Source: Mayamaea pseudoterrestris (Eukaryota). From it: a stretch of DNA of 64,000 bases. Under the pieces are notes generated by a model. That model made no database searches. It saw only the letters and a list, made by a program, of their open reading frames with translations, and was not told the origin of the DNA. This document shows positions 10,455 to 23,500 of the stretch, piece by piece (within the stretch, counting starts at the first letter, position 1; each line of letters opens with the position of its first letter). The stretch is from positions 682,001 to 746,000 of the forward strand of contig BROI01000007.1 in the NCBI GenBank assembly GCA_027923505.1. Reading direction: 5' to 3'. The position numbers were made by a program, and so were the translations under genes.

Positions 10455-12477
10455 ATGCGACGTTTCGCCATCTGCCTCGCAATATCCGCTGTGACGTGCG
10501 TCGACTCGTTGGCACCTCCGCATCCAGACTGGCTCGACTACGAGAGTGTTCACGCGGAACGACGTCGGCGCAACGTTACCTACGACTACACGCCCCAGCA
10601 TGTGACGGCGGAACACTGTCGCTTTCTGAGTGAGGAGCTTTGCGAAATGGAGGATCAGTTGACGGGCCGGGTGCGACAACAGAATCTGGAACGCGTCGAG
10701 CAACGGCGTCGCGGCCTTCAAGTGGGTGTTCCAATCGAATTTCCTGGCAATTCCAACAAGGATATACTACATTCTCCCAACATTGGAGAGTTCAAGATTC
10801 CAGTGCTGCTGATACGCTTTCCGGAGGATGTTAACAAGCCGTTGCAACCGCTGGAATACTTTGACGAAATGTTCAACGGCAAGGGAACATCAGACGTTAA
10901 TCCTGCTGGTTCAGTGGCGGAATGGCTCTTTTACAATTCACTTGGACAATATAAAGTCACGTTTGACGTGCAGGACTGGACGACGGCTCCAAATCCAGCT
11001 TCCTTTTACGCCAAGGGTAACGCCGCCAAGTTGGGCATTTTGATTGCGCAAGACGTGTTTCGATGGAAGCTTGACGAAATGGATGCCGCGAACTTTGACT
11101 TTTATCAGTACGATCAGGATAAAGACGCACGCATTGACCATATGATTGTTTTGCATAGTGGCTTTGCTGCTGAATTTGGAGACCTTGAATGTGCTCCCGG
11201 TAGTTGGATGGACCGGATCTGGAGCCAAGCCGCCGTTGGCGGTGTCAGTGACGGCTTCATGTCGCGCAATCCGCAATCGTACGGACAATACCTATCGTCC
11301 TTTGCCTTGGCCAGTGCCATTGGTACGAAAGGACTCTGCGATTCGCCTGGTGGTGACATGGGCATCCCGTCTCATGAGGTACGTGGCCTTATAAGCATTT
11401 TTAGCTTTAGCACTTGATTGTTCTTTGAAGGCTCACACGTTTTCGTCTTGCCTCAGTTCATGCACGGTTTCGCGCTGCCGGATCTCTATGACACTGATCC
11501 AGATGATGTAGCCATCAAAATTGCTGGTCCTGGAAGCTTTGATGTCATGGCGAATGCGTTTGGTTTCAATCGAAATGCCAAGGTGAGTTTGTTGATCGAC
11601 TTGCGTCGCGACGATATAGGTCGATACAAGTCTCACGTCATGTCTCTGCTAACATTCATTATAGTTTCCCGGCATGCTGTCGTCATTCAGTCGCCAATAC
11701 GGTGGCTGGCTGACTCCTATCAACATTACTAGAAGTGGATATTACGCTGTTCAGCCGGCGGAAGTTTCGGGAACGGCGTATCGCATCGACGCTGGCTTTC
11801 CAGCCGGCGAATACTTACTAATTGAAAATCGGGCAGGACTCATGTGGGCTGGAGATTGGCCGGCAAGCGGTATAGTGATCTTTCATATTGACGAGAATGT
11901 AAGGCTGGACTCTGTTGGATGATGCCTGCGTTATTCGTCTCTATTTGCTCACACTTGAGCACCCTCGTCTTTGCAGGCGCCCATGCAAACTCAACGCGGC
12001 TATCCTGGTCACGCGAACTGGCCACAACAACACTATCGAGTCAGTGTACTTCAAGCGGACGGTAATTACGATATTGAGCAAGGAGTGAACTTGGGCGACG
12101 AAGGGGACTTTTGGATCAAGGATATGGTTCTTGGACCGGGCCCCGATGTCTGGCCAAACACTGACAGCTATCAAGGCTCGCAATACCAGACGGGTCTTCA
12201 AATTACCATCATGTCAGATCCTGGCTTCATCATGATCATCAAGGTCGATGGGATATCGGGAACGAATGCTGCGCCGGGCTTTGCACCAGTTGATCCGTCC
12301 GATGTTTACAATCCTGGTCAGGCTGGACAATATATGCCCAATCAAGGAGCAATGAATAGCTACACGGGAACAACGGAGATCGATGATTTTAAAAATACTG
12401 GGAGAGTCATCGCATGGGTGCTCTCCTTACTGGGAGGCGTTGCCATGGTGCTGGGCTTGTTGGTGGTGCTGCTATAA
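10455..12477 (+). CDS. M6 family (immune inhibitor A-like) zinc metalloprotease with signal peptide and C-terminal TM anchor, 4 exons
   Basis: Exons 10455-11378, 11457-11582, 11665-11898 and 11977-12477. Splicing reconstitutes HE|FMHGFALPDLYD. Also VLLIRF, HSGFAAE, RIWS, EYLLIENR, IFHIDE, LQADG. Upstream in-frame ATGs from 10383 are possible alternative starts. Confidence 0.88.
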
Positions 12478-12822
12478 TCTCGTCGCACCGGGGTGCATGC
12501 CTCGCACTTTAGGTGACACTGACTGCATTTGGGGAACAAAAACAATTTCGCAAATCGTTAACGAATTCGTAGATAGATATACAAACTTCAATTCATGACA
12601 ACGTATCATGTCTTACCATCATTGGCGAATGAGACAGCATCTTGCACTAGCATGGTGTATACAGTGTACTTTACCGGTAGCTAAAATACGAAACGTAGAA
12701 AAGCTAATTAGATGCCTAAATTACGTTGGTATAGCGGCGTGCTAGTAAGTCTATTGGCCATACGAGTATGCATGAGCAGCGTCGTCGGCACGGTGCAGAT
12801 ACTCAGCTTGCCGATATGATAT

Positions 12823-14265
12823 TCAAGACAGCATATCCGCATCATGATCGTCATCACCATTGGGACCGCTATCCTTTTCTCGCTTCTTGTGCTGCTCCTC
12901 CATGGCATCCAAAAGCTTTTGGTTGGCCGTGTCGGCGCTGAATCCCTTGGTTCCGCCCTGCGCTTGATCCAAATCTTTTTCGTGCAAAAAGGGTGCTTCC
13001 ATGTATTCGCCCGGAGCCAAACGAAACTTGAGTACGCCCTTCTCCAGGTCAATCTGACAAGTGTGTCGCTTCATCATGTCCAATCCAAAGAGAAAAGGCA
13101 TTTCGCTGCCAGAACCAGCATCATCCATGACTGTGACACTGCAGGGAAAGTACATGCCTCCAATTTGCAACTGCACCATGTGAATTCGTCCAACAATCTT
13201 GCCAGTGCCAACGCCTTTGGCGATTCCATGAAAGCGCGTGTCAATGTAGTCGTCAAGGCCGCATTCCTTGGCGACGCGAAGACTCATAATGGTCGTTTGC
13301 GCACCAGAGTCGCAAAAGGCTTGAATCGGATGATCGTTGATCTTGGCTTGTACGTAGAGCATTAAAACTTGACCAAGAGCTTCCGGATACTCGTTCATCA
13401 TTTGCGTGTACTGCTCGTGAACCTTGCTGCGTCGCTCCTTGGCTGCAAAGTACTCCTTGGCTTCCGCGTCGTCCGGATTGGAGGCAAGCTGGCGAACCAT
13501 ATCCGACTCCTTGCGGCCGCTTTCGGTGATGCGCATGGCATTTTTGATTCCAGACTCAACAAGGTGATTGCGCCAAAACTGAACGGCTTGATCGAGTGGT
13601 TTGTTGCGGAGTTGGGAAGCCAACTTGGGATCGTGATAGTTCAATTCCTTGAGCAAGTGCTCCTTGGACTGCAACAGCGTAACCTGAATGCATGAACGAA
13701 CATGGATGAGAGCAGTGGCACATTAGTGAGCATATGCATGTCATCAAGTAAAAAGTGGAATAGATCAAACAAGCATGGCACGTACAAAGGCGTGCGGATG
13801 CGGGTTATAATGCATGGCATCATTCACATCCATTCCATTCCAATATACTGGCGCCGGCAATTGCCCATTCGGCTGGGAAGCAGAACTAGCCAAACTACCC
13901 AAATTGTTTCCTCCGCTTGAACCAGAAGATGCGCCTCCAGCTGCCAGCAAGTTGGAAAAGTCCAAGCCGCCAGAAGCAGCTGGCTGTTGCGGAGCTGCGG
14001 GTTGTGATGATTGCGACTTGCGGGTTTGCACCGCCAAAAGGTCGCCATTTTGACAGCCTGCTGCTTCCAGTGATACAGTAGTATGTAACAGTGGTTTTCC
14101 ATCGCGAAACAAAACGAGGTCGTCATTGTCAAGCCCAAAGAGAGCCTTTGCCCAAGAAATGATTTCCGCAATCAGTGTTGACGAAGGAACCGGAATGCAT
14201 TCCGATCGACCGGTAACAGCAGCTACGAGAGTAATCGTCCAATCAGAAGATGATGAAGAAGACAT
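12823..14265 (-). CDS. DDI1: DNA damage-inducible protein 1 (UBL plus retroviral-like aspartyl protease), 2 exons
   Basis: Exons 14265-13786 and 13683-12823 (GTACGT...TTCAG). N-terminal ubiquitin-like domain. Motifs VLMLYV, AFCDSGAQTTIMS, IDTRFHGIAKGVGTGKIVGRIH, FLFGLDMMKRH. No C-terminal UBA domain is evident. Confidence 0.92.
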
Positions 14266-14593
14266 GGTAGATGTAGATTTGAGCTTGAGCTGAAAAGAAA
14301 GTGATTGGACAGTCGAACCAGACCGACGTGCGGAGATGATGTTGTGTCGTCCATGGTGGTGCAAGATTGAGCGAAAGCTTGTCGCTGCGGCAATAATTCA
14401 ATGACAGACAATAGAATAAAGACAAGCGACCCGACAACCACAACAAAGCTGGGATGGTCTAGGTGGTTATGACGACTGCCTAACACGCAGTAGGTCGGGA
14501 GTTCGACCCTCCCTTCCAGTATTTTTTTCACATCCTGTGATGACTCAGATGGAGGATGACCGCAAATACTGTACAAAGACGATGCTGTTATAA

Positions 14594-15077
14594 TAATGCA
14601 CCCCATGGGTCCGTGCTAACGATTCGCATCCCATGTGCCTTCATTTTTTGGCAGTTATGATTAATCCAAGCAATGGGTTCAACTTATTTTGTGGTGAAGG
14701 TCAATCCAAGCCAAGAGTCCACCCTATTTTGTTTTTTGGGACAATCCAATCCTAGGATCATCGCTAACTTGTGGTAGAGATTGATCCATCCAAGGAGTTC
14801 ATATTAACTTGTGGTTATGGTTAATGCACCTCATGGGTCCATGTTAACAATTCGCATCCCATGTGCGTACATTATTTTTTGGCAGTTATGATTGAGCCAA
14901 GCAATGGGTTCAACTTATTTTGTGGTTAAGGTCAATCCAAGCCATGAGTCCACCCTATTTTGTTTTTAGGGACAATCCAATCCAAGGATTATTGCTAACT
15001 TGTGGTAGAGATTGATCCATCCAAGGAGTTCATGTTAACTTGCGGTTATGGTCAATGCACCCCATGGGTCCATGTTA
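14594..15077. repeat. Tandem repeat, ~2.1 copies of a 228-231 bp unit built from six diverged 30-41 bp sub-monomers
   Basis: Units start at 14594, 14822 and 15053 (taatgcacc.catgggtcc). Long near-identical blocks such as caagcaatgggttcaacttattttgtggt and gctaacttgtggtagagattgatccatccaaggagttcat. About 41% GC by hand count; non-coding. Confidence 0.92.
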
Positions 15078-15245
15078 TCTCGCAGAAATGTGGTATGCTA
15101 AACTACTCGTGCTGCAAAAAAATAGTCATCGTAGCTCACCCGTGTCGCATCGATAACGCAGTCACAGTGGTTCTGCAATCTTTCGTCGTCGATCACGCAT
15201 GCGACTGTGACTGGCCACTTTCTTCCATGCATTACCAAAACAACG

Positions 15246-17441
15246 ATGGGTTACTCGCGAGCGCCGCTGCTGCTAGTCATCGTTTTGGCACTTTACTTGA
15301 ATCTCTTTACTGGTGGTCAAGTCATGGCAATGTCCGATCAAGAAGCAAACGGTGAAGACGAAGGCGACGCATCAGATTCGTCACTCCTCGCGTTGAACGA
15401 CGAAGATTCCAATGGCGGCATTTTGTGGGAAAATGTTGCATTCAGTCAAGGAAAACGAGTCATACTGGAACCATGTTCGTTTCACGTTGAGAATGGACGA
15501 GTCTGTGCCCTTCTTGGACCATCCGGTGCTGGCAAAACGACATTGTTAAAGTCCTTGGCGTCCGTGCTGAAGCACGAAGGTCACGTTTACCTTTACGACA
15601 AGACTGACAATGACGAAGACAGCAACGACCAAACGACGCTTCACTTGACGTCGCTACATCACCACGCCAACCGCATTGCCTGGTTGCAGCAGCAGGACCA
15701 CTTCTTCGAGCGACTCACCGTAACGGAAACCTTGGAGCTCGCCGCCTACTTTGAACTTCCTCACTTATCTTCCAATGAACGTCAAAATATTGTATCCAAC
15801 CTCATGGACGGACTCGGATTGCATCAAAGCGACTTTAACAACAATACCGCTGAGTATAAGAGTATTCGGAGCAAGAGCCGCAACACAAACCGCCCAACCA
15901 GCGTCTTGTCAGGAGGAGAGCGCCGCCGATTGTCCGTCGCACTGGAACTACTGAGCAGTGAAGACATTCGCGTCTTGCTAGCCGATGAACCAACGACTGG
16001 TCTCGACAGTGGTCGATCGGAACGAGTGGTGGGGTTGATTCGCAATCTGGCCAAGGAACGGAACGTTCCAGCCTTGCTGACGCTGCATCAGCCGCGATCC
16101 AGCATTTGGAATTCCTTGCTGGATGACTGCATTCTCATGGCAGACGGAGGACGAGTATGTTACGCTGGTACAACGGATGATTGCTTAAGCTACTTTGCCA
16201 ATTTGGGATTCCATTGTCCGCCGGCGACAAACCCCGCCGAGTTTATTATAGACTTGGTGTCGGTGGACACCGAGGATGCCAAGCAGGAGCTACTGGACCG
16301 GGCGCGAGTTGATGAATTGGCAGCAGCCTTTCGCAAACATCAAGAAATCGAGCGCATAAGGCAGGAGAAGCAAAGCCATCGCAGCAAAAAGCAAGTTGCA
16401 GTTGTCATGGAGCAAGTCAACGGCAATTCGCGACCAGTCTCGTTCATGCCACGTCGCGGTCCATTGCATTGGATACCACGCTTTGCCGCCCTCGTTCGTC
16501 GCTCCTGGCGACAAAACTCGAGGGCGCACGCCATCAATGCCTTTCGGTTGGTGGCTAGCGCCGGTAATGCCATGCTACTCGCACAAATCTTTCCTACGGT
16601 GCGTGGTAAGATTGCCACGGCGAACAGTGTCGCCGATCGAGTCGCACTCTTGTCCTTTGGAGCAATCAACATGTGTATGCTTGCGTTCATGAAGACGGTG
16701 GAACTGTTCGCCAAGGAAAAGCCTGTGATTCAGCGAGAGCAGCGGCGCAACCAGTACACGGCACTGGAGTATTTGGTTGCCAAGGGGCTGGCGGAGCTGC
16801 CACTCGATATTGGCTTTGCTTGCATCTTTACTACTGTGTTAAAGCTTGCATCAGGGATTCGCATATCATGGGGACGCGTTTCGGCTGTCTTTTCGTTAAT
16901 GACCGCTGCGGGAGCGTCGCTCGGGTTCTTGATGGGGAGCTGGGCACCAAGCGGCCCACTCGCGCAGCAGGCGGGAATACCAATTCTAGTCATACTCATG
17001 GTAGTTGGTATCATTAACCCCAGCGGATCATCAGCATCAATCGAAATTCCCTGGTATTTGCGTGCCTTGAAACTTGTCAGTCCGTTTACGCATTCCATCG
17101 AATCGCTGTGTCTTGGCGAATATCCGGGAATGCAGTTTCTAAAGCAAGGTCTTCTTGGTCGGATGGGAAACCTGAGAATGGGGGGCTTGGCATTTGTCCG
17201 AAATGGCGATCAAGTTATTGACGCGCTAGGGTTGCAAGGGAAGACCTTTGAAGGGACAATGAAGCAATTGGCTATGTTGACGGCTGCAAACTTCTTCTTA
17301 AGTTGGGTAGGACTGATGTTTCACGGGTACTACGACAATCCGCGGCATGTAGAGCAGCCACCGCAGCAACGCAACCAGCAGACTGCTGTTCCGCGGGCGA
17401 GTGCATTGCCGTTGGCGGTTCCAATTCGAACGCGACTTTAG
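15246..17441 (+). CDS. ABCG (White/WBC) half-transporter with N-terminal hydrophobic leader
   Basis: Walker A GPSGAGKT, signature LSGGERRR, Walker B LLADEPTTGLDS, TLHQPR, NPAEF, followed by an ABC2 membrane domain. Intronless. Confidence 0.93.
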   Translation: MGYSRAPLLLVIVLALYLNLFTGGQVMAMSDQEANGEDEGDASDSSLLALNDEDSNGGILWENVAFSQGKRVILEPCSFHVENGRVCALLGPSGAGKTTLLKSLASVLKHEGHVYLYDKTDNDEDSNDQTTLHLTSLHHHANRIAWLQQQDHFFERLTVTETLELAAYFELPHLSSNERQNIVSNLMDGLGLHQSDFNNNTAEYKSIRSKSRNTNRPTSVLSGGERRRLSVALELLSSEDIRVLLADEPTTGLDSGRSERVVGLIRNLAKERNVPALLTLHQPRSSIWNSLLDDCILMADGGRVCYAGTTDDCLSYFANLGFHCPPATNPAEFIIDLVSVDTEDAKQELLDRARVDELAAAFRKHQEIERIRQEKQSHRSKKQVAVVMEQVNGNSRPVSFMPRRGPLHWIPRFAALVRRSWRQNSRAHAINAFRLVASAGNAMLLAQIFPTVRGKIATANSVADRVALLSFGAINMCMLAFMKTVELFAKEKPVIQREQRRNQYTALEYLVAKGLAELPLDIGFACIFTTVLKLASGIRISWGRVSAVFSLMTAAGASLGFLMGSWAPSGPLAQQAGIPILVILMVVGIINPSGSSASIEIPWYLRALKLVSPFTHSIESLCLGEYPGMQFLKQGLLGRMGNLRMGGLAFVRNGDQVIDALGLQGKTFEGTMKQLAMLTAANFFLSWVGLMFHGYYDNPRHVEQPPQQRNQQTAVPRASALPLAVPIRTRL

Positions 17442-17574
17442 ATGCTTTGCACAGCGCTATGTGTCGCGTTCATGACACCGGCTTTATTAAGTTAGAATTA
17501 ACAGTCTAAGAAGCTTTGCTGGTATGTACAGTTACAGCTAATGTTTTTCTATAATATTATACTCTACACACGTC

Positions 17575-20500
17575 CTACGCTGTCCAGAACGAAATGCCAC
17601 CCGGCGGATGGTTTCTGTTGCTGTCGCTGCTAACATACTGCTGGACGTCTTCATCGACAATTGTAATCATACCGTCGTCACTCCCGATAAAAAGAAACTG
17701 AGGGGTCGGATTAAGATCGGCAGGTGTGAGCCCAATGCAACGAATAGGTCCGTGGCGAGCCAGGTCGAGCACAGCGCAGACCACCATGTCACTTGTCGTT
17801 CGTATCAAAACTTGGCATCTCGTGCCGCCGGTAATCAGAATTTCGCCGCTTGAGCAGATAATCATGTCATTCAACTTTTCACCCGCATCAGTGCTGCAAA
17901 GTCGAACACCATTTACGGTGAAAGTATGCAATCCAAAATCACCCATATGCACGACGACGATGCTCGTTCCGTGCATGGCAACTTTCTCTACGCCTTTAGA
18001 AGGTTTACCTTCGGCTAGCGGGGGAGGGTGAAAAGAGCGAATAAATTCACCTCGTCTTATTGTATGAATACAAACAAGACCACCATGACATCCCGACACG
18101 ACGGCGTCCAGATCTGAGTCTAGGGCAACGCACGCCATCGGCGCTGGTAGAAAGAAGACGAATTTGAGTTGATCTGCGAACAGAAACGCGTCATTTCCTT
18201 TCATGCTTCCTACCTTCATGTCCCCAAAGAACGTGGCAACAGCTCAAGATTTGCCCGCCATCGTTCGAGGCACCGAGTACAGTCTGCATATATCCATCGG
18301 ATATTGCAACACTCATATCCGGATGATCAATAACCCAGATACAACAGGTTCCATCTTGTGCACCCGTAACCATGAGTCCACCGTCTTGTCCAATCGCGAG
18401 ACACGTAATCGAGTCTTGATGTCCTCCACAGCCATGAGCAATTTGCCGTAAGGTCTCTGTTGAGTGAATCCGAACAGCATCATCAAAATAGCCACAGCTT
18501 ACAACATACCCGTTGGTTTCCGCATTAGAAAGCTTATCCGTGCCAACAAGAAGTCTGTTAGTCGGTGGCATTACAGCTTTCCGACGAATCAATTCTTTCG
18601 CCTGGCCGCCAATCGTCGCAGCGAAGGAACAGCTGCTAATGGTCCGATAGCTTGCTTCCATCTTCGTTTCACTTACAGCGGACCCTCGTTTGATTGAAGT
18701 ACGTGATGTGCTTATCTCTCGCCTTGACATTGGATTCAGCTTGTCCATCCTCAATTGACCCTTCTTGCCCTTGAGAGCCCAACGATATGTCCCAATGCTC
18801 ATGTCTCCGTACACGACTAAAATTGACTCAGTCTGGACATGAATCTTGAACACGGCTCCTTTTGCATGCTCGCTTCGTGTGTTACCAAACTGCTTCGAGG
18901 GAGTGTGGCATCTTAGTTTCTTGGGAACTGATAGGTCGTGTATCAAAGGTTTCCAGCACACTTCGGTAGGGTACCGGCAGGGATGTGGGTCGCATTGAAT
19001 TAACTGACTGGGTGTTTGTCCAAAATTTTGAATGTGGCTTTCCGCCGCCTTGCGATCGACCATGTCGGAAATTTTGTCTAGATCAACGGATCCTTCATAT
19101 GACAAATGGTGAAAAAGATTGTGCGCCAACATGGCTTCAGGGCCTCGCTGTTTCTCTCCAAATACTAAATCAAGCCAGTGATGAAGCGACTGTGAAACTA
19201 TATCAGACTCTAAAGCCAGACGATGAAGTCGGACAAACTCATAGGGTGACCCTTTCGCCCAGGGTGGCAGCACCACATGATCGACCTGCCGCCCTCGTTG
19301 CGTGCGGCCTAGTGGAAATTTGTTCGTGTTTAGAAACATCTCGGGTAAACAGTAGAACTCGGGAATCAGCTCTTTCATGTCAGCAGTAGATGTCAGACAA
19401 GAGTTCCAACTATCAGCCAAGTCAATAAAAAGCCTGTCAGGGGAGTCGAATCTCCCTGACTGCAATTCAATGGCCATTGTTGTGAATGGCTCTTGTCGAA
19501 TAAGATAGTGGAGCACGATTCCTGGCGATGAGTAATGGCTTCCGTACAAAAATTTCTCATTTTCTGCAAAGCCAAAGAGTTCCAAATCATTGTATCGCTC
19601 AATGAGCTGAGCTAAGCGATCCGGATTTAATGCCCCGATCGGTTTGGTTAGATCTCGATATGCACGGGAGTCCGAAAGATCAATTTCCGTGCTAGTGTAG
19701 TCGGCAAGTACCCAAGGAAAGACTGGATACTGGGTAATATCGTTGAAGCTTCGGCCGGCCATGCGATTTAATGCCATTATGTATTCGAAGTTTGATATTT
19801 GGCGCTTTCTCCATAACTCTGTGAGGCGAGACTTTCGAAAGACGGTTCTTGGATTCAGCGACTTAAGTGACCACAGCATTGGCGTCTGTGGGCAAACAAT
19901 GTGTTGAGGCGATTTTTCAGAAACTACTAACTGTTTTCAATGCGTCGTAAGTTACCTTGCAGCTGCTCCTCAACTTGGCATAAAATCTATCGCGCTCCTT
20001 AAACCCGCTAGCAAAATTCAGAAACAGTTCATGACTGTCAGAGAAAAAGAGTTCTAGCGCTTGTGGGCGAAGCATGTATCTGCGGCCATGGACTTCTGTC
20101 AAACGAGCAAGTCGCCAGCGCCGACTCGTTGAGTCCTTCTCGCCAATCGCAACGGGCTCATTGGTGATGGTACCAATTTCATCGCCCATTTGGCGAAAAT
20201 ATAAGCCATGTGTAGTAAGAAGTAAAGCTCCTTCGACGTATGATCGAAGGGAAACAAGCATAACCGGGTCGAAGCGAGCAACCACTTCTTCATTGTCCGT
20301 CCAAATAAACACTTTTGCCCATGCGTCACTGTCGCCATCACCATCAACTCCACCTATCTCTGTGGACTCTATTTTATCCCACTCTTCATCTTGCTCCAAG
20401 TCGTTGACACTCCCAGCGGGGCGCTTGGAATGGTTGCTCTCACCACGACTGGCACCGTCGTCTTCGTCGTCGCTCGTATCGGATGTCAAATCGTTTTCGT

Positions 20501-23500
20501 GAAGCTCCTCTTTCTTAGCCGTCTCGTGAGAAGTAAACGCTTCTGCGTTGCGTCGCATGACATCAGAGAATTCTTTCTCCAGTATTGTAGGCTTCGCGTC
20601 TCGTTCGTGGTCAATATCTTGCTCATAGCTCGCCCCTGCGTGGTCGAGGAAATTTCGATTTGGCACAAGCAACGTCCTACGTCCTATCCTGTCGGTATAT
20701 GGAGCGAGTTTCCAATGCTTTTCGTCATTCCATGGCCCAGCAGCTTTATTCTGTATTGCGCTCCATCGATTCTCTGCTCCATTCCGTCTTAGTAGTATTG
20801 ACATAGCAATATCGGTGTCGCTGTTGTGCTTCTCTGCCAATCGTTTCAGCGTGCTAGTGCCCTCCAATTCTAGTTCACGGACGGCGTCCGTCGCTGCCCA
20901 TTTCTTCTGATTTTCAAGATATTCTTTGAACCAGACATCCATCACCTTTTCAAAGTCTGATACTATTGCTGTAGAGTTGTTGACAAGTGCATTAATCGAC
21001 ACCACCCCTTTGCCAAGCCGTTCGATGTCTGATCCCAATGGCATTTTAGTTGGGCATAGCTGCTCTGGCACCAATAGACCCAAACGAGATTCTACGTCTT
21101 GAAAACCTGAGACCCAAAGGCTGCGAAGAAACTCTCGCACCAATGATTCTTTAGATGTTGATGACGAAGTACCTTCTAAGCTACTTCGAAGTGCTTCTGC
21201 AGCGGATCCAGACAAGCACACCATAAACAAATCCGTTCGCGCTCGGTAAGCTGTGGCAACAATGTCTCGGAGTTCGAGGGCGGCCCGAAGTAAACGTCTA
21301 TGAGCCTTTCTCTGCCCGTCTCTATTTTCAAAATATAGTTCGTAAGGCGAAGATTCGATCTCCGAAAGCACAGCTGAGCAACGCCCCAGGCCTCGATGGC
21401 AGTGCATTGCGACGGCTAAGACAAGATGATCAAGTTGCGTCACCGGCGTTGCAGGTATTTCTATGCCAGTACTGTCCTTGACATTGAGCTCGCTGATAAA
21501 CTCGAGTATCCACTGAAGTAAGGAGCGAAGTCGACCGATAGCCTGCAAAAATCGGGCACTACATGGTTCGATATGCGACAAAAGTATAAGAGATAATCGC
21601 ACCCCTGACAGAAGGAGTGGCCCTTGCGAAGAGCCTAATCGAGGATCGGAGTTTCGAACGAGAGAAAGACCATGCAATTGACTCGAAGGCAGTGCTTGCT
21701 CCAAAGTGTCTGGAAACATGAACGAATCCAGTATGGCGAGAATTTGCGCAGCCACTACCGTAGAGAGTCGTCTATTGGCATCGCGTCCATCATGATTCCC
21801 CGTCTCGATTGTTGACAGGTATTGTGACGATTTGATCGCACAAAGACGCGTTTCTGGGAGGCGAATACCATGAATCCCTTTGGAGGCGGAGTCTATCGCA
21901 GCCCCTCGCTCATTAGCGTAGTCAAACAAGTCGACAACTCCGTAACTAAAAAGGTTAAAGAGAACTTCAGATGCGGTGATAAAGATTTTCCAGACTCAGC
22001 TGAGAGACGTACCCACATGCAGTCGTCATCGCGACAACTACTTCCGTCAAATGGCGAAGCGATCTCCAGCTCCGAACGGCAGCATTCAAATCCAGACCTC
22101 TAGTTCCATTGGAAAGTATCGCATCGGTGACGAGCCGTGCACTCTGTTTTAAAAGAGGACTTTCATACTCGATATCAATTTCCTTCCATTCCGCGGCCGA
22201 CATCGAACTTATATCGCGAAGCGTGCCGTAATCGAACAAGTTACCACAAAGGTTGCTAAAAATTAGAAAAGAGACGTGCCGCCCATTGACACATAACCTT
22301 TGAAGCGACGCTGCTCTCTCGACTGCATCCAATGCCTGTTTCGACGCAATAAAAAGTTAGCCCCCACAGTTCTAGATTTTTAAAACTCTATCCGACAGAC
22401 ACAACGCACCTTGTCGCCACCTTCGCGAAATAAAAATCCAAGCAAACATGAGTATAGATCTAGACACAGATCCACCCGCCTGAAGACGGAAGTCGAATCA
22501 ACATCTTGCTTCTTGTAGTGGGTTGATCCCTTAACAAACTCGCTCACGGAGTCCGAAATTTCATTTTTGTCCGAAGACTCCGTTTCAAGTGACGATAAAA
22601 TAGTCTCTAAACCATCTGCTATGAGAACAAATAAAATGGGTTGCCAATCTGACAACGTCGAAAGCATAGCCATACTCCGTCGACTTGCCCTAGCCATTGC
22701 GAGGATGTCTGATATCCATAGCTCTTGCGAATTTCCGTCAAGGAATCGCAATAGCCGCATTACGACTGTCAGTGCCAGTGGGTCGCTTAAAATACCACCA
22801 ATAACACTCCCAGTCTCCGATATAAAGTCATCACAGCGAGGCATATTGAAATAATATCCTGACGGCTGGTCATCACATTCAGATATTAAACTAGATTGAA
22901 GAAGCGGCAGTGAAGATAGTTTCTGCCCCGTATCATTGTTGATCCAACAGAGCAATGCTGACCTAGTCTGCTCACCCCACTGGTTGCGGTGAGACTTTAA
23001 AAAATGCCACATAAGCGTAACGGCCACTTTTGCCGTCGTCGTGGTGATTGAAGATGTAACTGTCGGCCTGACACCCGGACCCATAGCTGCAATCCCCTTT
23101 GCAATCAGACCTAACCCGCGTGTTTGAATGATGGCATCGACATGATCATGTTCTGTTTGTGTTGACTGATTCGGAAGCGACAAAGGCAAGTCTGAATCGC
23201 TTGATGTCATCTCAAAGAATGCAGCCATGGATCGAAGACCGAAGCAACATACAGCATCGTCGCCAGTGTCGATGAACGTGGCAAGTATCCAGCCTACTGA
23301 GGCTTGGATGCTCCCACAACAGTCGACGAAACTTTCAACGAGGCCAGGAACCGGCGGTCGAATCTGCAGCAAGAGATAAAAAGCCGCCGACGCCTTCACA
23401 TTCCAAAGTCTCCCCATGTCGCAGTGTAGTGTACACATTTCTTCGCCACCGTCTTTTACACAACCCAGTTTCGGTCCCAAGCGACTTGCCAAGAGCGCGA

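Noticed and set aside
12823..13400. Retroviral-type aspartyl protease (DSGA) as a sign of an LTR retrotransposon
   Set aside because: It is the RVP domain of cellular DDI1, spliced to a UBL exon. No gag, RT, integrase or LTRs are present.
14594..15077. CRISPR-like appearance of the ~40-bp periodic repeats
   Set aside because: There are no unique spacers between identical repeats, whole 230-bp blocks are duplicated, no cas genes are present, and the context is eukaryotic.
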